Position numbers and translations under genes: made by a program
Assembly (NCBI GenBank): GCA_964552565.1
Contig: CAZKGL010000001.1
Span: 499,061-563,060, forward strand
Direction: 5' to 3'
Length of the DNA stretch: 64,000 nt
Source of the DNA: an uncultured Gammaproteobacteria bacterium
GTDB lineage: Bacteria > Patescibacteriota > Patescibacteriia > UBA9934
Notes under the pieces: generated by a model
The model's database searches: none
The model's input: only the letters and a program-made list of their open reading frames with translations
What the model was told of the DNA's origin: nothing
Shown: positions 56,118 to 64,000 of the stretch, piece by piece
Position numbering within the stretch: the stretch's first letter is position 1
Layout: every line of letters begins with the position of its first letter

Positions 56118-56295
56118 AGTCTGTTTATTGTAACGCAAAACGAGCCGCGATGGCTCGTTTTGGCTACTCATGTGACCTGAGTTTGCGCACTCGCTTGGCG
56201 AGGTGGGTCCGCTGAGCGGACCTATCCACCCAGCATCGCTGGGGTACAGCCAACGCTTAGCGTTGGCCATTGTGCACAAACCCAGCTCAGCTGGG

Positions 56296-56370
56296 TGGCA
56301 GGGACGCAGGGATTCGAACCCTGAATAACGGTTTTGGAGACCGTTGTGATAGCCATTTCACTACATCCCT
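56296..56370 (-). tRNA. tRNA-Trp(CCA)
   Basis: AGGGATG/CGTCCCT acceptor stem, anticodon loop CTCCAAA, GGTTCGAATCC, encoded CCA. Confidence 0.96.
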
Positions 56371-56430
56371 CCGTTTCGATTGTCGGGCAAAGTATACGGG
56401 AAACCGGAGGTTTTGTAAATACAGAAGACA

Positions 56431-57042
56431 CTACCCGCCGGGACGGGTAGTGCCAGTGCCTTGCGCGCGTTCGCACAGGGCATCGAAGAGCGCGATGAGC
56501 TCGGGGTGTTCGAGGATGGGCTCGGTCGTGAAGAAGAACTCCGCGGCGATGACCTGGTGCCCCTGCTCCTCGTAGCACACCGCCTGGATGCACGCCTCCA
56601 GCTTGTCGAGCTGGTGCAGCACCTGCGCCTCGGGCGTCGCGCCGTCCTCGAAGGCGCGCCACATGGCGTACATGCGCCCGCCCCACTCGCCGAGCGGCAG
56701 GAGAATCTCCCGCATGGCGGCATCCTCCAGGCGCCGCTTCTCCGCCTTTACCCGCGCCTTCTCATCGGGACCGAGCGTATCGGTGACGATGTCTTCGGTC
56801 AGGCTTTCGGCGAGGTCGTGCAAGAGCGCCATCTGCACCGTGACGAGCGGATCGAGCCCCAGGCGGTCCGCCATGAGGAGCGCGAACATCGCCAGGCTCC
56901 AGCTGTGGTCCGCGACGCTCTCGGCGCCGGGGACGCGGCGCGTCTTGTACGTGTGTGCATCCGGGAACTCCTTGTTCCAGCCGGCGCGCGCCGTGCGCTT
57001 GAGCGCCTCGATGCGCATCATGAACACGAGGACGTTGTGCAT
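56431..57042 (-). CDS. HD-domain 5'-deoxynucleotidase (YfbR/HDDC2-like)
   Basis: LK...RAGW, ESVADHS, LLHDLAE, LDKLE; GGAGG RBS. Confidence 0.9.
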   Translation of the reverse strand: MHNVLVFMMRIEALKRTARAGWNKEFPDAHTYKTRRVPGAESVADHSWSLAMFALLMADRLGLDPLVTVQMALLHDLAESLTEDIVTDTLGPDEKARVKAEKRRLEDAAMREILLPLGEWGGRMYAMWRAFEDGATPEAQVLHQLDKLEACIQAVCYEEQGHQVIAAEFFFTTEPILEHPELIALFDALCERAQGTGTTRPGG

Positions 57043-57143
57043 GCTCACCTCCAAAGCGCACCATTCGTACCAATCTGTACGCGGCATGTCAACGCAGCGG
57101 CGCACATTTGCCCGACCGGGAAACGCGTGGCATGCTCGCGTAT

Positions 57144-57617
57144 ATGGCCCTCGAGATCATCGTCGCAATCCTCCTCGTCCTGTGCCTCGTCATGGCGTGC
57201 ATCCCGACGCTCCCCGGCATCCCGCTCATGTTCGTCACCACGCTCGTATATGGGCTCGTCGACGGCTTCCAGACGATGCCCGCGTGGTGGCTTGCAGTGT
57301 TCGGCGGTATTACGGTCCTGTCGATGCTCGTCGATACCTTCTCCGGCATGCTCGGGGCAAAGCTCGGCGGCGCAAGCCGGCGCTCGCTCCTTGCCGGCAT
57401 GGCGGGCCTCTTCATCGGCCTTCTCTTTTTCCCGCCGCTCGGCCCGTTCATCGGGCTCTTCCTCGGCGTGCTCATCGCGGAAATCGTCCAAGCGAAGGAC
57501 CATGCGAAGGCCATCAAAGCCGCTGCCTCGTCGCTTGCCGCCGCCATCGTCGGGACGCTGACGAACATCACCCTCGCCCTCGCGTACGTCGTGACGTTCC
57601 TGATTGTGGTGTTTTAG
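57144..57617 (+). CDS. DUF456 family membrane protein
   Basis: PTLPGIPL, GAKLGGAS, G.F.G..IAE. Confidence 0.82.
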   Translation: MALEIIVAILLVLCLVMACIPTLPGIPLMFVTTLVYGLVDGFQTMPAWWLAVFGGITVLSMLVDTFSGMLGAKLGGASRRSLLAGMAGLFIGLLFFPPLGPFIGLFLGVLIAEIVQAKDHAKAIKAAASSLAAAIVGTLTNITLALAYVVTFLIVVF

Positions 57618-58387
57618 TGTTTCAATCCGTATCCCCTCTTGAGCAGCCGGAGGTTCACAGTCCACATCGCCACGATGACGACAAAAAGGATGCCGGCGGA
57701 AAGCCACGGGTTGAACGCGCCCGTGCCGTAAAAGCCGTAACGGAACCCGTCGACCATGTAGACGATTGGGTTGAACTTCGAAATGCTCTGCCATGGTTCC
57801 GGCAACGACGCCACCGAGTAGAACACGCCGCCGAGGTAGGTGAGCGGCGTGAGGATGAAATTGCTGAAGAGCGTCGTGTCGTCGAACGACTTCGCGAACA
57901 TGCCGTTAAAGAACCCGGCAAGCGCAAACACGAGGCCGGTGAGGACGGCGAAAATGACGATGACGAACGGGTGCTCGATGGACGGCCGCGTGAACAGCGT
58001 ACTGACGCCGACGACAAGGCTGCCGGTGAGGAGTCCGCGCGCAAGGCCGCCGGTAATGAAGCCGCTGAGGATCGTCGTGCTTGTCATCGGCGATACGAGC
58101 ATTTCTTCGATGCTCCGTCCGAACTTGTTGCCGTAGAACGAGCCGACGACGTTCGCGAAGGAGTTCTGGATGACGGTCATCATGACGAGGCCGGGGACGA
58201 TGAACGCCATGTACGGAACGCCGTCGATCGCGCCGACCCGGGACCCGATGAACGTGCCGAAGACGAGGAAGTACAGCGACTGCGTGATGATCGGCGGAAG
58301 GAGCGTCTGTTTCCAAATACGGAAGACGCGCCCGACTTCCGTGCGGACGATCGTTTGGTATGCGACCCAGTTCGTTGCGAAACTCAT
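57614..58387 (-). CDS. ABC-2 type transporter permease (YadH-like)
   Basis: RIWKQTLLPP, FIVPGL, PLTYLGGVFYS, NPIVYMVDGFRYG. Confidence 0.92.
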   Translation of the reverse strand: MSFATNWVAYQTIVRTEVGRVFRIWKQTLLPPIITQSLYFLVFGTFIGSRVGAIDGVPYMAFIVPGLVMMTVIQNSFANVVGSFYGNKFGRSIEEMLVSPMTSTTILSGFITGGLARGLLTGSLVVGVSTLFTRPSIEHPFVIVIFAVLTGLVFALAGFFNGMFAKSFDDTTLFSNFILTPLTYLGGVFYSVASLPEPWQSISKFNPIVYMVDGFRYGFYGTGAFNPWLSAGILFVVIVAMWTVNLRLLKRGYGLKH

Positions 58388-59295
58388 ACGCGTTTGCCGA
58401 CCACGTCCATGAAGAGTTGTTCGAGACGGTTCGTGCTCGGACGGATGTCGCGCACCGCCATGCCGGATGCCGCAACCGCGGCGAGGAGCGGCTGCAAATC
58501 GTCGGGACCTGCAATGACGGCCTCGAACGTGTCGTCGTCAATGCGCCGCGTCGAAACCGCGGGAAGCGATGCGATGTTCTTCATCGCGTCGACGGTCACG
58601 AGGTACGACTGTTTCTCGAGCGAGGCGACGATGCTGCGCACGCTGCCTTCGCGGACGATACGCCCGTGGTCGATAATGGCCATGGTGCGGCACATCTGCT
58701 CCACCTCCTCAAGATAGTGCGTCGTGAGGAGCACCGTCGTCCCGTTGGCGTTCAACGTGCGGAGGTACTCCCACATGCCATGGCGCAGTTCGACGTCGAC
58801 GCCCGCCGTCGGTTCGTCGAGGATGAGCAGCTTCGGCTTGTGCACAAGGGCGCGGGCGATCATGAGGCGGCGCTTCATGCCGCCGGACAGGGCACGCGAC
58901 GGCGCGTTGCGCTTGTCGGTGAGCCCGAGCGTCTCGAGCAATTCGTCGACCCTGCCTTTTGCTTCGGCGCGGGAGACGCCGTAGTACCCGGCTTGGCCGA
59001 GGATGATGTTCTGCACGGATTCGAAAATGTTGAAATTGAATTCTTGCGGCACGATGCCGATTGACGCGCGCACGCCCTCCGGGTCGGCATCGAGATCCTT
59101 GCCGAAGACCGACACGCTGCCGCCGGACTTCACGACGAGGCCGCACAAGATGTTGATGAACGTCGTCTTCCCCGCCCCATTCGGGCCGAGGAGCGCGAAA
59201 AAGTCGCCCTCGGCGACAGCGAGCGACACGCCGTCGAGCGCCTTGGTGCCCTTGGCGTATTGTTTTGTGACCGATGTTGCGGAAATGGCGTCCAT
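58384..59295 (-). CDS. ABC transporter ATP-binding protein (YadG-like)
   Basis: GPNGAGKT, LSGGMKRR, ILDEPT. Confidence 0.94.
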   Translation of the reverse strand: MDAISATSVTKQYAKGTKALDGVSLAVAEGDFFALLGPNGAGKTTFINILCGLVVKSGGSVSVFGKDLDADPEGVRASIGIVPQEFNFNIFESVQNIILGQAGYYGVSRAEAKGRVDELLETLGLTDKRNAPSRALSGGMKRRLMIARALVHKPKLLILDEPTAGVDVELRHGMWEYLRTLNANGTTVLLTTHYLEEVEQMCRTMAIIDHGRIVREGSVRSIVASLEKQSYLVTVDAMKNIASLPAVSTRRIDDDTFEAVIAGPDDLQPLLAAVAASGMAVRDIRPSTNRLEQLFMDVVGKRV

Positions 59296-59397
59296 AGACA
59301 ATACGACAGAGTGTACCCTGCGGATGCGTGGATTGACAAAACAGGCCGTTCCGCGCAGAATTCTTGGAAGAATCTTGGCATCCTTATCGCACTCCGT

Positions 59398-59922
59398 ATG
59401 AACCTCCACGCACTTCCGGCAGGCAAGGACGCGCCGCGCGACATCAACGTGTTCATCGAGATCCCGCACGGATCGTCCGTAAAATACGAGATCGACTACG
59501 ACAGCGGCTGCCTGTTTGCCGACCGCTTCCTGCACACGCAGATGACCTACCCTGCGAACTACGGCTTCATCCCCTCGACGAAGTCGGGCGATGGCGACGC
59601 CGTCGACTGCCTCGTCGTCACCGAGTCGCCGCTCCTGCCGGCGTCCGTCATCCGTTGCCGCCCGATCGGCGTGCTGAAGATGGAAGACGAGAGCGGGACG
59701 GATGAGAAGCTGATCGCAGTGCCGCACGATAAGGTGAACCCGTACTTCAAGAACGTGAAAAGCTGGGAAGACCTTCCGGAGATCCTCACGAAGAAAATCG
59801 AGCACTTCTTCACGCATTACAAAGATCTTGAGCCGAACAAGTGGGTAAAAGTGCTCGGCTGGGGCGGCCCGGACGAGGCGATGACATTCATCGAAGAAGG
59901 CCTACAACGCGTCAACGGCTAA
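59398..59922 (+). CDS. ppa: Inorganic pyrophosphatase (family I)
   Basis: KYE, YPANYGFIP, DGDAVD, FFTHYK. Confidence 0.96.
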   Translation: MNLHALPAGKDAPRDINVFIEIPHGSSVKYEIDYDSGCLFADRFLHTQMTYPANYGFIPSTKSGDGDAVDCLVVTESPLLPASVIRCRPIGVLKMEDESGTDEKLIAVPHDKVNPYFKNVKSWEDLPEILTKKIEHFFTHYKDLEPNKWVKVLGWGGPDEAMTFIEEGLQRVNG

Positions 59923-59988
59923 CACAAAAGCACTCCGCGGCGACGCGGGGTGTTTTTGTGTATGCTAGAGTATGTCCGCGAGGTGGAC

Positions 59989-60477
59989 ATGCCGACGAAC
60001 GCCGTATGGCGCACGTGGCCCGTCACGTGCGCAATCATCCTCATCGCCGCGAGCTACCTCGCGACGCGAAATACCATCAGCTGGCCGGTGCTGTTCGGCG
60101 ACAAGCAGGTCGCGATGTTCGACCTGTGGTCGCTGCAACACTTCCTCACCGGCATTCTTATTGGATGGTTCGCCGTCCGGCACCCGTCGCCCGTGGTCGC
60201 CACGATCGGCCTTGCCTACGCGTGGGAGGCGCTCGAATGGTTCATGGAGGACGGCGGCATGGGCGCACGGATTGCGTCCTGGAAGGCCGGCAACGAGCAC
60301 TGGGCGAACCGCTGCATCGGCGACCCCGCCATGGTGTCGCTCGGCGCGATGCTCTCCATGCGTCAACCGCGCGTCCTGTGGGCTGCGCTTCCCTGCGCCG
60401 TCGGGTGGCTCGCCGTCAACGCGCTCGCGAAGGACTGCATGACGGTCCAAAAACACCTTCTCGCGCTGCTCCCGTAG
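59989..60477 (+). CDS. Hypothetical membrane protein
   Basis: GAGG RBS, D.WS..H and WE..E motifs, about 4 TMs. Confidence 0.68.
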   Translation: MPTNAVWRTWPVTCAIILIAASYLATRNTISWPVLFGDKQVAMFDLWSLQHFLTGILIGWFAVRHPSPVVATIGLAYAWEALEWFMEDGGMGARIASWKAGNEHWANRCIGDPAMVSLGAMLSMRQPRVLWAALPCAVGWLAVNALAKDCMTVQKHLLALLP

Positions 60478-60597
60478 CCCCGCACCGAAGACCCCTCGTC
60501 TCGGATGCGGGGCGCTTCGTACTTGTCTGTAGAGGCCGGTTGGCATACCATCCGTGCGCCAGGCGGATCCCCCACCCCCCGCCTTCCGGAGGTCTCC

Positions 60598-60996
60598 TTG
60601 TCCCGTCCCACCAAGAAGCCGAACGTCGCGTCCATCACCACCCGCCGCAAGCGCGCCACGAAGAACGCCCAGGCGCGCTTCCCCGGCCGGCCGCTCGCCT
60701 ACCTGGGCGGCGTGCTCCACTTCATGGATGCGGAGCCGCCCGTGCGGGTTCCGGACACGCCGGTCATCCTGCGCGAGGGTGCGGAGGACACGGGCCTCGC
60801 GGCCGCCCGCAAGAACGGCTGCCGCGCCGTGCCGCACTCGCCCGTCATCGTGAAGGGCAACCGGCGCTCCGTGAGCCCGAAGCGGCAGACGACCACCTCC
60901 GCGCCCCGCAAGGATCCGTTCTCCGATTCGTTCCGCGACCCGTGGGCCAGCCGCTACAGCGGTGAGGTCGGCGACGTCTTCGGAAGCCGGTGGTGA
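60598..60996 (+). CDS. Basic hypothetical protein (GC-rich orphan)
   Basis: GGAGG then TTG start; Arg/Lys-rich; hairpin downstream. Confidence 0.5.
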   Translation: MSRPTKKPNVASITTRRKRATKNAQARFPGRPLAYLGGVLHFMDAEPPVRVPDTPVILREGAEDTGLAAARKNGCRAVPHSPVIVKGNRRSVSPKRQTTTSAPRKDPFSDSFRDPWASRYSGEVGDVFGSRW

Positions 60997-61057
60997 ACTC
61001 GCGTCCCCGCGCCAATGAAGGACCCCGCGTCCTCGTGGCGCGGGGTTCTTCGTCTCT

Positions 61058-61095
61058 GTATCGAAAAAACATCCGGCCGGATGTTTTTTCGATAC
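61058..61095. repeat. Perfect 38-bp palindrome
   Basis: GTATCGAAAAAACATCCGG/CCGGATGTTTTTTCGATAC. Confidence 0.85.
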
Positions 61096-61181
61096 GGCAC
61101 GTCGGCAACTATTATCTCGCGACCGTGAGTTTTTTTGTTCCCGTATGTTCCCAACAAACGAAAAATGCTACCATCCCCGGT

Positions 61182-61832
61182 ATGCAATGCAACGTCGTCA
61201 TCTTCGATTTTGACGGGACGCTCGCCGACACCATGACGGCGATGCTTGCGATATACAACGACGTCGCGCCGCGGTTCGGCTGCACGCCGATCGACCTCGA
61301 TGACGTCGAAACAATCCGCTCACAGCGGCCGCAAGAAATCATGCACCGCTACGGCGTCACGCTGTGGAAACTCCCCTTCCTCGCGTTCGTCATCCAGTCG
61401 CGGTTCAAGAAACGCGCGTCGTCCGTGCGGCCGCACAACGGCATCCCCGAGGCGCTCCGCGCGCTCAAGGAACGCGGCGCCACGCTCGGCGTCCTCACCT
61501 CGAACTCCGGCGCGAACGTCCGCGCGTTCTTGCGCGAACAAAGTTTGGACGACGTTTTCGATTTCGTCGTGTCGTACCGCAACCTCTTCGGCAAGGACCG
61601 CGCATTACGGCGCATCATGCGCCACCGCGGCATCGACGCGGTGTCCGTCGCGTATGTCGGCGACGAAACCCGCGACATGGAAGCTGCGCGCCGCGCCGGC
61701 GTCTTGGGCATCGCGGTCACGTGGGGGTTCCAAAACCGGGACGCGTTCAACCGGGTGCATCCGGATGTCATCGTCGACGCGCCGTCCCAACTCATCGACA
61801 TGCTCACGCTCGGTGAGAGGTCGCACAAATGA
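61182..61832 (+). CDS. HAD-IA family hydrolase (phosphoglycolate phosphatase-like)
   Basis: FDFDGTLADT, LTSN, GK, YVGDETRD. Confidence 0.92.
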   Translation: MQCNVVIFDFDGTLADTMTAMLAIYNDVAPRFGCTPIDLDDVETIRSQRPQEIMHRYGVTLWKLPFLAFVIQSRFKKRASSVRPHNGIPEALRALKERGATLGVLTSNSGANVRAFLREQSLDDVFDFVVSYRNLFGKDRALRRIMRHRGIDAVSVAYVGDETRDMEAARRAGVLGIAVTWGFQNRDAFNRVHPDVIVDAPSQLIDMLTLGERSHK

Positions 61833-61834
61833 AA

Positions 61835-61911
61835 ACCATCCCGAGGCGGCTGCCGAGGGACCTAGAGAAACGCCGATGAGCGTTCTAGGTCCCTCCTGGC
61901 GTCGGGATGGT
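61835..61911. repeat. Structured repeat family 2
   Basis: ACCATCCCGAGGCGGCTGCCGAGGGACC...GGTCCCTCCTGGCGTCGGGATGGT. Confidence 0.85.
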
Positions 61912-62762
61912 CACGTGAGCGTGAAGTCGTCGATGACCCAGATGTCGGTCGGGAGGTCGACCGGCCGGCTGCAGGTCGTGTTGACGTAAACCGCGAGCGG
62001 CCACCGCCGGCCCGCCGCGCGGGCGAGCTCGTACCAGGCGACGACGTTGGCGGGTTCGTTGTCCATGAAGCCGACGACGTAGGGCTTGCCGCCCGGCATC
62101 GTCTCGCGGAACCACCCGGCCTTGAACGCCGCGTCCGGCATGGCGAAGCTCGGCTTGCACACCAGCATGTCGCGCGGGAGGTTGTCACGGATGAGCGCGC
62201 GCTCGGTCCCCTCGCGCATCCCTTCCGGGAACTCGCCGCCCTCCTCGGGTTCGTGCCGGCCGGTGAGATGCAGGACCTTCGCGCCCTGTTGCTTGACCTG
62301 CCAGAGCACCTGCGCGACGCCGGGAACGAGGCGGTCGGCCATGACGCCCGCGTTCGAGAAGAACCCGGTGCGCCAGTGCGCGAGCCACGACTGCCGCAGC
62401 TCGGACCGGTGCTCGATGACGTGCCCGCGGGTGACGTGGTCCCAGTTGTCCTCCGGCAGGTAGAACGGCCGGCGGCGGTTGTCGAAGAGCTCGGCGACCT
62501 CGACCATCATGCGCTCGTACCCGGGGTGGAACCGCAGGTGCGCGGTGAGGAAGCTGCGCAGCAGCAGCGCGGTGCGGCCGGTGTCGTAGACGACGCCGTC
62601 GACGTCGGTCGCGAAGGCGATGTCCTCCTGGAGCACGCCGAGATGGATGGCGGCCTCGACCGCGAGGCGGACCTTGGCGATGAACGAGACGGCGCTGATG
62701 CGCTGGCGGTCGGGGTTGAAGCGCCCCTTCATGGGGTGGTCGTCGTGGACGCGAATGAGCAT
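61911..62762 (-). CDS. HAD-like (DxDG) hypothetical phosphatase (GC-rich, SD-led)
   Basis: DVDGV, LTGR, K, DNE; promoter TTGACA-17-CATACT and GGAGG RBS. Confidence 0.68.
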   Translation of the reverse strand: MLIRVHDDHPMKGRFNPDRQRISAVSFIAKVRLAVEAAIHLGVLQEDIAFATDVDGVVYDTGRTALLLRSFLTAHLRFHPGYERMMVEVAELFDNRRRPFYLPEDNWDHVTRGHVIEHRSELRQSWLAHWRTGFFSNAGVMADRLVPGVAQVLWQVKQQGAKVLHLTGRHEPEEGGEFPEGMREGTERALIRDNLPRDMLVCKPSFAMPDAAFKAGWFRETMPGGKPYVVGFMDNEPANVVAWYELARAAGRRWPLAVYVNTTCSRPVDLPTDIWVIDDFTLT

Positions 62763-62825
62763 GGGCAGTACCTCCGAAACCCGCACCAGTATGACGAAAC
62801 TGTGCTAGTATGTCAACGTTTTCCT

Positions 62826-63431
62826 ATGCGCTGGACCGCGGACGAACGTCGACAATTGGGACGGCTCACCACCCCTGCAAAAATCCAGGACTTTTTAAAC
62901 GCGCTCCCGTTCCACGCCGTCCCGGACAACGACACCTGCATGTCGCCGCGGCGGGTGTTGCGCGAGAAGACGGCGCAGTGCATGGAGGGCGCGATGTTCG
63001 CTGCGGCGGCGCTGCGCTTCCACGGGTACCCGCCGCTCGTACTTGACCTCGAGGCGGAAAAAGATGACGCCGACCACGTGGTCGCCGTGTTTCGGGATCG
63101 CGGGTGCTGGGGCGCGATTTCCAAAACCAACCACGCGGTACTCCGCTACCGCGAACCGGTCTACCGCAGCGTCCGCGAGCTCGTCATGTCGTTTTTCCAC
63201 GAGTACTTCCTCAACAACGGCAAAAAGACGCTGCGCGCGTATTCGCTGCCCGTGGACTTGTCGCGTTTCGATACGCAGGGGTGGATGACGAGCGAGGATG
63301 ACGTCTGGTACATCCCGGAATACCTCGTCGACGTCCGCCACTACCCCATCCTCACGCCCCACCAGCGCCGCAGCCTCAGAAAAGCGGATGCGATTGAAAT
63401 CGCGGCGGGGAAGATTACTGAGTGGCGGTAA
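62826..63431 (+). CDS. Hypothetical protein, possible transglutaminase-like Cys-His fold
   Basis: SPRRVL..AQCMEGA, DHVVA, WGAISK. Confidence 0.7.
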   Translation: MRWTADERRQLGRLTTPAKIQDFLNALPFHAVPDNDTCMSPRRVLREKTAQCMEGAMFAAAALRFHGYPPLVLDLEAEKDDADHVVAVFRDRGCWGAISKTNHAVLRYREPVYRSVRELVMSFFHEYFLNNGKKTLRAYSLPVDLSRFDTQGWMTSEDDVWYIPEYLVDVRHYPILTPHQRRSLRKADAIEIAAGKITEWR

Positions 63432-63452
63432 GAACGAGCTCGGTTTACACAT

Positions 63453-63532
63453 GAACCATCCCGAGGCGGATGCCGAGGGACCCAGAAAACGCTGATGGGC
63501 GTTCGAGGTCCCTCCTCACGTCGGGATGGTTC
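63453..63532. repeat. Structured repeat family 2
   Basis: GAACCATCCCGAGGCGGATGCCGAGGGACC...GGTCCCTCCTCACGTCGGGATGGTTC. Confidence 0.85.
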
Positions 63533-63551
63533 TTCATTTTCTCCTCAAGTG

Positions 63552-64000
63552 TTATTTCTCTGCCCGAGCAAGCAATCCCGTCGAAAGAATCCTTCCAAAC
63601 ACTTCATCTTTGCTGCCCTCCGCATTCACGGTGTGCCAGCGCGTCGAGAAGCGGTCGTGCCGGCCGAGATACTCGTAGCCAAGGCGACAGCGCGCAAAAA
63701 ACTCGGGCGGGAACTTTTCAAACTTATCGCCGGCGGCGTCAAACGTGCGCGCCATCGCAACCGCGGGGTCGAGGTCGAGGTACACGACGGCGTCCGGAAG
63801 GTACTGCCCGACCGCGGGTTCGTTGATGCGCCAAATCGCATCAAACCCGAGCTGGTGGCCGAAGCCCTGCCACGCGACACTCGTCAGGAAGCTGCGGTCC
63901 GCCACAACAATGCCGCCGCGCTCAAGCACGGGCGCGACAACGGAGCGGAGCGACTGCGCCCGGGCAGCAGCGAAGAGGTACGTTTCGCACACCGGGTCCA
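63552..64000 (-). CDS. tmk: Thymidylate kinase (5' partial)
   Basis: LFAAARAQ, VADRS..SS-like, AWQG, PD...YLD, DKFE. Confidence 0.92.
   Translation of the reverse strand, partial: DPVCETYLFAAARAQSLRSVVAPVLERGGIVVADRSFLTSVAWQGFGHQLGFDAIWRINEPAVGQYLPDAVVYLDLDPAVAMARTFDAAGDKFEKFPPEFFARCRLGYEYLGRHDRFSTRWHTVNAEGSKDEVFGRILSTGLLARAEK

Noticed and set aside
56296-56370. Alternative genetic code (TGA recoding) or tRNA introns
   Set aside because: TGA ends many well-defined genes, and the three tRNAs are uninterrupted with standard anticodons.
1701-58717. Many long antisense or alternate-frame ORFs (e.g. 1701-3365, 11104-12831, 20329-22131, 44787-46337, 56588-58717)
   Set aside because: Shadows of real genes in GC-rich DNA; Arg/Ala-rich with no motifs.
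61835-63532. Integron cassette array with attC sites
   Set aside because: No integrase, the bracketed genes are divergent, and I saw no RYYYAAC/GTTRRRY core sites.

Overview
Bacterial chromosomal window, GC-rich overall, standard genetic code (TGA is used as stop; tRNA-Trp has a CCA anticodon). The gene set (folD, dnaB, ybaB-recR, gmk, rfbBCD, HU, htrA, type IV pilus cluster, cls, ppa, tmk, Gmad2/PEGA proteins, ATP-cone nuclease, RAYT) and the lack of Shine-Dalgarno motifs on core genes suggest Patescibacteria/CPR; this is an inference. Accessory content: a low-GC defence island at about 29.7-38.8 kb (type III R-M with two small genes between mod and res, an HTH-nuclease, a Cas4-like nuclease, an orphan HigA, NYN, MazG), a RAYT with perfect 32-bp palindromes, and a low-GC GIY-YIG/VOC islet behind tRNA-Trp. 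Top finding: a 36-aa Cys-rich peptide ORF absent from the ORF track (54196-54306, MKVLVLSRSARTKVLGSVPKPGRDFVDCCFTSCTRC). It has its own promoter, RBS and downstream hairpin and lies directly upstream of an RRE-radical SAM-SPASM enzyme, so it is a candidate RiPP system. Also notable: a dispersed covarying structured repeat (one copy in-frame inside a membrane protein), a candidate promoter-driven small RNA convergent on the NYN gene, and a run of GC-NNN-GC triloop hairpins between tRNA-Trp and GIY-YIG. Start codons were adjusted by hand from the ORF track. No database searches were run.
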